Source of the DNA: Centroscyllium fabricii
Taxonomy: Eukaryota
Length of the DNA stretch: 64,000 nucleotides
Assembly (NCBI GenBank): GCA_051313645.2
Contig: JBNRSN020000258.1
Location: 248,001-312,000 of the forward strand
Direction of reading: 5' to 3'
Part shown: positions 36,601 to 48,600 of the stretch, one piece after another
Numbering within the stretch: position 1 is the first letter of the stretch
Layout of the letters: the number at the start of each line of letters is the position of its first letter
Translations under genes and position numbers: made by a program
The notes under the pieces: generated by a model
Databases searched by the model: none
What the model was told of the DNA's origin: nothing
Seen by the model: the letters and a program-made list of their open reading frames with translations, nothing else

Positions 36601-39600
36601 GGAGTCAGTAGTCGGGGTGAATGTGATGGTGGGGTCAGTAGTCGGGGTGAATGTGATGGTGGGGTCAGTAGTCGGGGTGAGTGTGATGGTGGAGTCAGTA
36701 GTCGGGGTGAATGTGATGGTGGAGTCAGTAGTCGGGGTGAGTGTGATGGTGGGGTCATTAGTCGGGGTGAATGTGATGGTGGAGTCAGTAGTCGGGGTGA
36801 ATATGATGGTGGGGTCAGTAGTCGGGGTGAATGTGATGGTGGAATCAGTAGTCGGGGTGAGTGTGATGGTGGGGTCATTAGTCGGGGTGAATGTGATGGT
36901 GGGGTCAGAAGTCGGGGTGAATGTGATGGTCGAGTCAGTAGTCGGGGTGAGTGTGATGGTGGGGTCAGTAGTCGGGGTGAATGTGATGGTGGAGTCAGTA
37001 GTCGGGGTGAGTGTGATGGTGGGGTCAGTAGTCGGGGTGAGTGTGATGGTGGAGTCCGTAGTCGGGGTGAGTGTGATGGTGGAGTCAGTAGACGGGGTGA
37101 GTGTGATGGTGGAGTCAGTAGTCGGGGTGAATGTGATGGTGGAGTCAGTAGTCGGGGTGAATGTGATGGTGGGGTCAGTAGTCGGGGTGAATGTGATGGT
37201 GGGGTCATTATTCGGGGTGAATGTGATGGTGGGGTCAGAAGTCGGGGTGAATGTGATGGTGGAATCAGTAGTCGGGGTGAGTGTGATGGTGGGGTCATTA
37301 GTCGGGGTGAATGTGATGGTGGGGTCAGAAGTCGGGGTGAATGTGATGGTGGAGTCAGTAGTCGGGGTGAATGTGATGGTGGAGTCAGTAGTCGGGGTGA
37401 GTGTGATGGTGGGGTCATTAGTCGGGGTGAATGTGATGGTGGGGTCAGTAGTCGGGGTGAATGTGATGGTGGAATCAGTAGTCGGGGTGAGTGTGATGGT
37501 GGGGTCATTAGTCGGGGTGAATGTGATGGTGGGGTCAGAAGTCGGGGTGAGTGTGATGGTGGGGTCAGTAGTCGGGGTGAATGTGATGGTGGAGTCAGTA
37601 GTCGGGTTGAGTGTGATGGTGGGGTCAGTAGTCGGGGTGAATGTGATGGTGGAGTCAGTAGACGGGGTGAATGTGATGGTGGAGTCAGTAGTCGGGGTGA
37701 GTGTGATGGTGGAGTCAGTAGACGGGGTGAGTGTGATGGTGGAGTCAGTAGTCGGGGTGAATGTGATGGTGGGGTCAGTAGTCGGGGTGAGTGTGATGGT
37801 GGAGTCAGTAGTCGGGGTGAATGTGATGGTGGGGTCAGTAGTCGGGGTGAGTGTGATGGTGGAGTCAGTAGTCGGGGTGAGTGTGATGGTGGAGTCAGTA
37901 GTCGGGGTGAATGTGATGGTGGAGTCAGTAGTCGGGGTGAATGTGATGTTGGGGTCAGTAGTCGGGTGAATGTGATGGTGGAGTCAGTAGTCGGGGTGAA
38001 TGTGATGTTGGGGTCAGTAGTCGGGTGAATGTGATGGTGGAGTCAGTAGTCGGGGTGAGTGTGATGGTGGAGTCAGTAGTCGGGGTGAGTGTGATGGTTG
38101 GGTCAGTAGTCGGGGTGAATGTGATGGTGGAGTCAGTAGTCGGGGTGAATGTGATGTTGGGGTCAGTAGTCGGGGTGAATGTCATGGTGGGGTCAGTAGT
38201 CGGGGTGAGTGTGATGGTGGAGTCAGTAGTCGGGGTGAATGATGGTGGGGTCAGTAGTCGGGGTGAATGTGAGGGTGGGGTCAGTAGTCGGGGTGAATGT
38301 GATGGTGGAGTCAGTAGTCGGGGTGAATGTGATGGTGGAGTCAGTAGTCGGGGTGAATGTGAGGGTGGAGTGAGTAGTCGGGGTGAATGTGAGGGTGGAG
38401 TGAGTAGTCGGGGTGAATGTGAGGGTGGAGTCAGTAGTTGGGGTGAATGATGGTGGAGTCAGTAGTCGGGGTGAATGTGATGGTGGGGTCAGTAGTCGGG
38501 GTGAATGTCATGGTGGAGTCAGTAGTCGGGGTGAATGAGGGTGGGGTCAGTAGTCGGGGTGAATGATGGTGGAGTCAGTAGTCGGGGTGAATGTGATGTT
38601 GGGGTCAGTAGTCGGGGTGAATGTCATGGTGGAGTCAGTAGTCGGGGTGAATGAGGGTGGGGTCAGTAGTCGGGGTGAATGATGGTGGGGTCAGTAGTCG
38701 GGTGAATGTGATGGTGGAGTCAGTAGTCGGGGTGAATGTGATTGTGGGGTCAGTAGTCGGGGTGAATGTGATGGTGGCGTCAGTAGTCGGGGTGAATGTG
38801 ATGGTGGAGTCTGTAGTCGGGGTGAATCAGGGTGGGGTCAGCAGTCGGCGTGAATGTGAGGGTGGAGTCAGTAGTCGGGTGAATGATGGTGGAGTCAGTA
38901 GTCGGGGTGAATGTGATGGTGGAGTCTGTAGTCGGGGTGAATCAGGGTGGGGTCAGCAGTCGGGGTGAATGTGAGGGTGGAGTCAGTAGTCGGCGTGAAT
39001 GTGATGGTGGGGTCAGTAGTCGGGGTGAATGAGGGTGGAGTCAGTAGTCGGGGTGAATGTGATGGTGGCGTCAGTAGTCGGGGTGAATGTGATGGTGGAG
39101 TCTGTAGTCGGGGTGAATCAGGGTGGGGTCAGCAGTCGGGGTGAATGTGAGGGTGGAGTCAGTAGTCGGGGTGAATGTGATGGTGGGGTCAGTAGTCGGG
39201 GTGAATGAGGGTGGAGTCAGTAGTCGGGGTGAATGTGAGGGTGGAGTCAGTAGTCGGGGTGAATGTGATGGTGGGGTCAGTAGTCGGGGTGAATGAGGGT
39301 GGAGTCAGTAGTCGGGGTGAATGTGAGGGTGGAGTCAGTAGTCGGGGTGAATGAGGGTGGCGTCAGTAGTCGGGGGGAATGTGATGGTGGTGTCAGTAGT
39401 CGGGGTGAATGTGATGGTGGGGTCAGTAGTCGGGGTGAGTGTGATGGTGGGGTCAGTAGTTGGGGTGAATGTGATGTTGGAGTCAGTAGTCGGTGTGAGT
39501 GTGATGGTGGGGTCAGTAGTCGGGGTGAGTGTGATGGTGGAGTCAGTAGTCGGGGTGAATGTGATGGTGGAGTCAGTAGTCGGGGTGAATGTGATGGTGG

Positions 39601-42600
39601 AGTCAGTAGTCGGGGTGAATGTGATGGTGGAATCAGTAGTCGGGGTGAATGTGATGGTGGAATCAGTAGTCGGGGTGAGTGTGATGGTGGAGTCAGTAGT
39701 CGGGGTGAGTGTGATGGTGGGGTCAGTAGTCGGGGTGAGTGTGATGGTGGGGTCAGTAGTTGGGGTGAATGTGATGTTGGAGTCAGTAGTCGGGGTGAGT
39801 GTGATGGTGGGGTCAGTAGTCGGGGTGAGTGTGATGGTGGAGTCAGTAGTCGGGGTGAATGTGATGGTGGAGTCAGTAGTCGGGGTGAATGTGATGGTGG
39901 AGTCAGTAGTCGGGGTGAATGTGATGGTGGAATCAGTAGTCGGGGTGAATGTGATGGTGGAATCAGTAGTCGGGGTGAGTGTGATGGTGGGGTCATTAGT
40001 CGGGGTGAATGTGATGGTGGGGTCAGAAGTCGGGGTGAATGTGATGGTGGAGTCAGTAGTCGGGGTGAGTGTGATGGTGGGGTCAGTAGTCGGGGTGAAT
40101 GTGATGGTGGAGTCAGTAGTCGGGGTGAATGTGATGGTGGGGTCAGTAGTCGGGGTGAGTGTGATGGTGGGGTCAGTAGTCGGGGTGAGTGTGATGGTGG
40201 GGTCAGTAGTCGGGGTGAGTGTGATGGTGGAGTCCGTAGTCGGGGTGAGTGTGATGGTGGAGTCAGTAGACGGGGTGAGTGTGATGGTGGGGTCAGTAGT
40301 CGGGGTGAGTGTGATGGTGGGGTCAGTAGTCGGGGTGAATGTGATGGTGGAATCAGTAGTCGGGGTGAGTGTGATGGTGGGGTCAGTAGTCGGGGTGAGT
40401 GTGATGGTGGGGTCAGTAGTCGGGGTGAGTGTGATGGTGGGGTCAGTAGTCGGGGTGAGTGTGATGGTGGGGTCATTAGTCGGGGTGAATGTGATGGTGG
40501 GGTCAGAAGTCGGGGTGAATGTGATGGTGGAGTCAGTAGTCGGGGTGAATGTGATGGTGGAGTCAGTAGTCGGGGTGAATGTGATGGTGGGGTCAGTCGT
40601 CGGGGTGAATGTGATGGTGGGGTCAGTAGTCGGGGTGAATGTGATGGTGGAGTCAGTAGTCGGGGTGAGTGTGATGGTGGGGTCAGTAGTCGGGGTGAAT
40701 GTGATGGTGGAGTCAGTAGTCGGGGTGAATGTGATGGTGGAGTCAGTAGTCGGGGTGAATGTGATGGTGGAGTCAGTAGTCGGGGTGAATGTGATGGTGG
40801 GGTCAGTAGTCGGGGTGAGTGTGATGGTTGGGTCAGTAGTCGGTGTGAATGTGATGGTGGAGTCAGTAGTCGGGGTGAATGTAATGGTGGAGTCAGTAGT
40901 CGGGGTGACTTTGAGGGTGGGGTCAGTAGTCGGGGTGAATGTGATGGTGGGGTCAGTAGTCGGGGTGAATGTGATGGTGGAGTCAGTAGTCGGGGTGAAT
41001 GTGATGTTGGGGTCAGTAGTCGGGGTGAATGTCATGGTGGGGTCAGTAGTCGGGGTGAGTGTGATGGTGGAGTCTGTAGTCGGGGTGAATCAGGGTGGGG
41101 TCAGCAGTCGGGATGAATGTGATGGTGGAGTCAGTAGTTGGGGTGAATGAGGGTGGGGTCAGTAGTCGGGGTGAATGTGATGGTGGGGTCAGTAGGCGGG
41201 GTGAATGAGGGTGGGGTCAGTCGTCGGGGTGAATGTGATGGTGGAGTCAGTAGTCGGGGTGAGTGTGATGGTGGAGTCAGTAGTCGGGGTGAATGTGATG
41301 GTGGAGTCAGTAGTCGGGGTGAATGATGGTGGAGTCAGTAGTCGGGGTGAATGTGAGGGTGGGGTCAGTAGTCGGGGTGAATGTGATGGTGGGGTCAGTA
41401 GTCGGGGTGAATGTGATGGTGGGGTCAGTAGGCGGGGTGAATGAGGGTGGGGTCAGTCGTCGGGGTGAATGTGATGGTGGAGTCAATAGTCGGGGTGAAT
41501 GAGATGGTGGAGTCAGTAGTCGGGGTGAGTGTGATGGTGGGGTCAGTAGTCGGGGTGAATGTGATGGTGGAGTCAGTAGTCGGGTGAATGTGATGGTGGA
41601 GTCAGTAGTCGGGGTGAGTGTGATGGTGGGGTCAGTATTCGGGGTGAATGTGATGGTGGAGTCAGTAGTCGGGTGAATGTGATGGTGGAGTCAGTAGTCG
41701 GGGTGAATGTGAGGGTGTGGTCAGTATTCGGGGTGAATGTGATGGTGGGGTCAGTAGTCGGGGTGAATGTGATGGTGGCGTCAGTAGTCGGGGTGAATGT
41801 GATGTTGGGGTCAGTAGTCGGGTTGAATGAGGGTGGGGTCAGTAATCGGGGTGAATGTGATGGTGGAGTCAGTAGTCGGGGGGAATGAGGGTGGGGTCAG
41901 TAATCGGGGTGAATGTGATGGTGGAGTCAGTAGTTGGGGTGAATGAGGGTGGGGTCAGTAGGCGGGGTGAAGGAGGGTGGGGTCATTCGTCGGGGTGAAT
42001 GTAATGGTGGAGTCAGTAGTCGGGGTGTATGTGATGGTGGAGTCAGTAGTCGGGGTGAATGTGATTCTGGAGTCAGTAGTCGGGGTGAGTGTGATGGTGG
42101 GGTCAGTAGTAGGGGTGAATGTGATGGTGGGGTCAGTAGTCGGGGTGAATGAGGTTGGGGTCAGTTGTCGGGGTGAATGTGATGGTGGGGTCAGTAGTCG
42201 GGGTGAATGTGATGTTGGGGTCAGTAGTCGGGGTGAATGTGATGGTGGGGTCAGTAGTCGGGGTGAATGATGCTGGGGTCAGTAGTCGGGGTGAATGTGA
42301 TGGTGGAGTCAGTAGTCGGGGTGAATGTGATGGTGGAGTCAGTAGTCGGGGTGAATGTGATGGTGGAGTCAGTAGTCGGGGTGAGTGTGATGGTGGGGTC
42401 AGTAGTCGGGGTGAATGAGGGTGGGGTCAGCAGTCGGGGTGAATGTGATGGTGGAGTCAGTAGTCGGGGTGAATGTGATGGTGGAGTCAGTAGTCGGGGT
42501 GAATGTGATGGTGGAGTCAGTAGTCGGGGTGAGTGTGATGGTGGGGTCAGTAGTAGGGGTGAATGTGATGGTGGGGTCAGTAGTCGGTGTGAATGAGGTT

Positions 42601-45600
42601 GGGGTCAGTAGTCGGGGTGAATGTGATGGTGGCGTCAGTAGTCGGGGTTAATGTGATGGTGGGGTCAGTAGTCGGGGTGAATGTGATGGTGGGGTCCGTA
42701 GTCGGGGTGAATGATGGTGGGGTCAGTAGTCGGGGTGAATGTGATGGTGGAGTCAGTAGTCGGGTTGAATGTGATGGTGGAGTCAGTAGTCGGGGTAAAT
42801 GTGATGGTGGAGTCAGTAGTCGGGGTGAATGTGATGGTGGGGTCAGTAGTCGGGGTGAATGTGATGGTGGAGTCAGTAGTCGGGGTGAGTGTGATGGTGG
42901 AGTCAGTAGTTGGGGTGAATGTGATGGTGGGGTCAGTAGTCGGGGTGAATGAGTGCGGAGTCAGTAGTCGGGGTGAGTGTGATGGTGCGGTCAGTAGTCG
43001 GGGTGAGTGTGATGGTGGGGTCTGTAGTCGGGTTGAATGTGATGGTGGAGTCAGTATCGGGGTGAATGTGATGGTGGAGTCAGTAGTCGGGGGGAATGAG
43101 GGTGGCGTCAGTAGTCGGGGTGAATGTGATGGTGGAGTCAGTAGTTGGGGTGAATGAGGGTGGGGTCAGTAGTCGGGGTGAATGTGATGGTGGGGTCAGT
43201 AGTCGGGGTGAATGAGGGTGGGGTCAGTAGTCGGGGTGAATGTGATGGTGGAGTCAGTAGTCGGGGTGAATGTGATGGTGGTGTCAGTAGTCGGGGTGAA
43301 TGTGATGGTGGAGTCAGTCGTCGGGGTGAATGTGATGGTGGGGACAGTAGTAGGGGTGAATGTGATGGTGGCGTCAGTAGTCGGGGTGAATGAGGTTGGG
43401 CTCAGTAGTCGGGGTGAATGTGATGGTGGGGTCAGTAGTCGGGGTGAATGTGATGGTGGGGTCAGTAGTCGGGGTGAATGTGATGGTGGAGTCAGTAGTC
43501 GGGGTGAGTGTGATGGTGGGGTCAGTAGCCGGGGTGAATGAGGGTGGAGTCAGTAGTCGGGTTAAATGTGATGGTGGAGTCAGTAGTCGGGGTGAATGTG
43601 ATGGTGGAGTCAGTAGTAGGGGTGAATCTGATGGTGGGGTCAGTAGTAGGGGTGAATGTGATGGTGGGGTCAGTAGTCGGGGTGAATGAGGTTGGGGTCA
43701 GTAGTCGGGGTGAATGTGATGGTGGGGTCAGTTGTCGGGGTGAATGTGATGGTGGGGTCAGTAGTCGGGGTGAATGTGATGGTGGAGTCAGTAGTCGGGG
43801 TGAAAGTGATGGTGGAGTCAGTAGTCGGGGTGAATGTGATGGTGGGGTCAGTAGTTTGTGTGAATGAGGGTGGGGTCAGTAGTCGGGGTGAATGTGATGG
43901 TGGGGTCAGTAGGCGGGGTGAATGAGGGTGGGGTCAGTCGTCGGGGTGAATGTGATGGTGGGATCAGTAGTCGGGGTGAATGTGATTTTGGGGTCAGTAG
44001 TCGGGGTGAATGTGATGGTGGGGTCAGTAGTCGGGGTGAATGATGGTGGGGTCAGTAGTCGGGGTGAATGTGATGGTGGAGTCAGTAGTCGGGGTCAATG
44101 TGATGGTGGAGTCAGTAGTCGGGGTGAATGTGATGGTGGAGTCAGTAGTCGGGGTGAGTGTGATGGTGGGGTCAGTAGTCGGGGTGAATGAGGGTGGAGT
44201 CAGTAGTCGGGTTAAATGTGATGGTGGAGTCAGTAGTCGGGGTGAATGTGATGGTGGAGTCAGTAGTCGGGGTGAATGTGATGGTGCGGTCAGTAGTCGG
44301 GGTGAATGTGATGGTGGTGTCAGTAGTCGGGGGGAATGAGGGTGGGGTCAGTAGTCGGGGTGAATATGATGGTGGAGTCAGTAGTTGGGGTGAATGAGGG
44401 TGGGGTCAGTAGTCAGGGTGAATGTGATGGTGGGGTCAGTAGTCGGGGTGAATGAGGGTGGAGTCAGCAATCGGGGTGAATGTGATGGTGGAGTCAGTAG
44501 TCGGGGTGAATGTGATGGTGGAGTCAGTAGTCGGGGTGAGTGTGATGGTGGGGTCAGTAGTAGGGGTGAATGTGATGGTGGGGTCAGTAGTCGGGGTGAA
44601 TGTAATGGTGGGGTCAGTAGTCGGGGTGAATGAGGTTGGGGTCAGTAGTCGGGGTGAATGTGATGGTGGGGTCAGTAGTCGGGGTGAATGTGATGGTGGG
44701 GTCAGTAGTCGGGGTGAATGATGGTGGGGTCAGTAGTCGGGGTGAGTGTGATGGTGGGGTCAGTAGTCGGGGTGAGTGTGATGGTGGAGTCAGTAGACGG
44801 GGTGAGTGTGATGGTGGGGTCAGTAGTCGGGGTGAATGTGATGGTGGAGTCAGTAGTCGGGGTGAATGTGATGGTGGAATCAGTAGTCGGGGTGAGTGTG
44901 ATGGTGGAGTCAGTATTCGGGGTGAGTGTGATGGTGGGGTCAGTAGTCGGGGTGAGTGTGATGGTGGAGTCAGTAGTCGGGGTGAATGTGATGGTGGGGT
45001 CAGTAGTCGGGGTGAATGTGATGGTGGGTATCAGTAGTCGGGGTGAATGTGATGGTGGAGTCAGTAGTCGGGGTGAGTGTGATGGTTGGGGTCAGTAGTC
45101 GGGGTGAATGTGATGGTGGGGTCAGTAGTCGGGGTGAGTGTGATGGTGGAGTCAGTAGTCGGGGTGAGTGTGATGGTGGAGTCAGTAGTCGGGGTGAATG
45201 TGATGGTGGGGTCAGTAGTCGGGGTGAGTGTGATGGTGGGGTCAGTAGTCGGGTGAATGTGATGGTGGAGTCAGTAGTCGGGGTGAATGTGAGGGTGGGG
45301 TCAGTAGTCGGGGTGAATGTGAGGGTGGGGTCAGTAGTCGGGGTGAATGTGATGGTGGGGTCAGTAGTCGGGGTGAATGTGATGGTGGAGTCAGTAGTCG
45401 GGGTGAATGTGATGGTGGAGTCAGTAGTCGGGGTGAATGTCATGGTGGGGTCAGTAGTCGGGGTGAGAGTGATGGTGGAGTCTGTAGTCGGGGTGAATCA
45501 GGGTGGGGTCGGCAGTCGGGATGAATGTGATGGTGGAGTCAGTAGTCGGGGGGAATGAGGGTGGGGTCAGTAGTCGGGGTGAATGTGATGGTGGAGTCAG

Positions 45601-48600
45601 TAGTTGGGGTGAATGAGGGTGGGGTCAGTAGTCGGGGTCAATGTGAGGGTGGGGTCAGTAGTCGGGGTGAATGTGATGGTGGAGTCAGTAGTTGGGGTGA
45701 ATGAGGGTGGGGTCAGTAGTCGGGGTGAATGTGATGGTGGAGTCAGTAGTCGGGGTGAATGTGAGGGTGGGGTCAGTAGTCGGGGTGAATGTGATGGTGG
45801 GGTCAGTAGTCGGGGTGAATGTGATGGTGGAGTCAGTAGTCGGGGGGAATGAGGGTGGGGTCAGTAGTCGGGGTGAATGTGATGGTGGGGTCAGTAGGCG
45901 GGGTGAATGAGGGTGGGGTCAGTCGTCGGGGTGAATGTGATGGTGGAGTCAGTAGTCGGGGTGAATGTGATGGTGGAGTCAGTAGTCGGGGTGAGTGTGA
46001 TGGTGGGGTCAGTAGTCGGGGTGAATGTGATGGTGGAGTCAGTAGTCGGGTGAATGTGATGGTGGAGTCAGTAGTCGGGGTGAGTGTGATGGTGGGGTCA
46101 GTATTCGGTGTGAATGTGATGGTGGGGTCAGTAGTCGGGGTGAATGTGATGGTGGAGTCAGTAGTCGGGGTGAATGTGATGGTGGAGTCAGTAGTCGGGG
46201 TGAATGTGATGGTGGGGTCAGTAGTCGGGGTGAATGTGATGGTGGCGTCAGTAGTCGGGGTGAATGTGATGTTGGGGTCAGTAGTCGGGGTGAATGTCAT
46301 GGTGGGGTCAGTAGTCGGGGTGAGTGTGATTGTCGAGTCTGTAGTCGGGGTGAATCAGGGTGGGGTCAGCAGTCGGGATGAATGTGATGGTGGAGTCAGT
46401 AGTCGGGGGGAATGAGGGTGGTGTCAGTAATCGGGGTGAATGTGATGGTGGAGTCAGTAGTTGGGGTGAATGAGGGTGGGGTCAGTAGTCGGGGTGAATG
46501 TGATGGTGGGGTCAGTAGGCGGGGAGAATGAGGGTGGGGTCAGTCGTCGGGGTAAATGTGATGTTGGAGTCGGTAGTCGGGGTGTATGTGATGGTGGAGT
46601 CAGTAGTCGGGGTGAATGTGATGGGGGGGTCAGTAGTAGGGGTGAATGTGATGGTGGGGTCAGCAGTCGGGGTGAATGAGGTTGGGGTCAGTAGTCGGGG
46701 TGAATGTGATGGTGGGGTCAGTAGTCGGGGTGAATGTGATGGTGGGGTCAGTAGTCGGGGTGAATGTGATGGTGGGGTCAGTAGTCGGGGTGAATGATGG
46801 TGGGGTCAGTAGTCGGGGTGAATGTGATGGTGGAGTCAGTAGTCGGGGTGCATGTGATGGTGGAGTCAGTAGTCGGGGTGAATGTGATGGTGCAGTCAGT
46901 AGTCGGGGTGAGTGTGATGGTGGGGTCAGTAGTCGGGGTGAATGTGATGGTGGGGTCAGTAGTCGGGGTGAGTGTGATGGTGGAGTCAGTAGTCGGGGTG
47001 AATGAGGGTGGGGTCAGTAGTCGGGGTGAATGTGATGGTGGAGTCAGTAGTCGGGGTGAATGTGATGGTGGAGTCAGTAGTCGGGGTGAATGTGATGGTG
47101 GAGTCAGTAGTCGGGGTGAATGTGATGGTGGGGTCAGTAGTCGGGGTGAATGTGATGGTGGAGTCAGTAGTCGGGGTGAATGTGATGGTGGAGTCAGTAG
47201 TCGGGTGAATGTGATGGTGGAGTCAGTAGTCGGGGTGAATGTGATGGTGGGGTCAGTAGTCGGGGTGAGTGTGATGGTGGAGTCAGTAGTCGGGGTGAGT
47301 GTGATGGTGCGGTCAGTAGTCGGGTTGAATGTGATGGTGGAGTCAGTATCGGGGTGAATGTGATGGTGGAGTCAGTAGTTGGGGTGAATGAGGGTGGGGT
47401 CAGTAGTCGGGGTGAATGTGATGGTGGAGTCAGTAGTTGGGGTGAATGAGGGTGGGGTCAGTAGTCGGGGTGAATGTGATGGTGGAGTCAGTAGTCGGGG
47501 TGAATGAGGGTGGGGTCAGTAGTCGGGGTGAATGTGATGGTGGAGTCAGTAGTCGGGGTGAATGTGATGGTGGAGTCAGTAGTCGGGGTGAATGTGATGG
47601 TGGAGTCAGTAGTCGGGGTGAATGTGATGGTGGGGTCAGTAGTCGGGGTGAATGTGATGGTGGAGTCAGTAGTCGGGGTGAATGTGATGGTGGAGTCAGT
47701 AGTCGGGGTGAATGTGATGGTGGAGTCAGTAGTCGGGGTGAATGTGATGGTGGGGTCAGTAGTCGGGGTGAATGAGGGTGGGGTCAGTAGTCGGGGTGAA
47801 TGTGATGGTGGAGTCAGTAGTCGGGGTGAATGTGATGGTGGGGTCAGTAGACGGGGTGAATGTGATGGTGGAGTCAGTAGTCGGGGTGAATGTGATGGTG
47901 GGGTCAGTAGTAGGGATGAATCTCATGGTGGGGTCAGTAGTCGGGGTGAATGAGGTTGGGGTCAGTAGTCGGGGTGAATGTGATGGTGGGGTCAGTAGTA
48001 GGGGTGAATCTCATGGTGGGGTCAGTAGTCGGGGTGAATGAGGTTGGGGTCAGTAGTCGGGGTGAATGTGATGGTGGGGTCAGTAGTCGGGGTGAATGTG
48101 ATGGTGGGGTCAGTAGTCGGGGTGAATGTGATGGTGGGGTCAGTAGTCGGGGTGAATGATGGTGGGGTCAGTAGTCGGGGTGAATGTGATGGTGGAGTCA
48201 GTAGTCGGGGTGAATGTGATGGTGGAGTCAGTAGTCGGGGTGAGTGTGATGGTGGGGTCAGTAGTCGGGGTGAATGAGGGTGGAGTCAGTAGTCGGGTTA
48301 AATGTGATGGTGGAGTCAGTAGTCGGGGTGAATGTGATGGTGGAGTCAGTAGTCGGGGGGAATGAGGGTGGGGTCAGTAGTCGGGGTGAATGTGATGGTG
48401 GAGTCAGTAGTTGGGGTGAATGAGGGTGGGGTCAGTAGTCGGGGTGAATGTGATGGTGGGGTCAGTAGTCGGGGTGAATGAGGGTGGGGTCAGTAGTCGG
48501 GGTGAATGTGATGGTGGAGTCAGTAGTCGGGGTGAATGTGATGGTGGAGTCAGTAGTCGGGGTGAATGTGATGGTGGAGTCAGTAGTCGGGGTGAGTGTG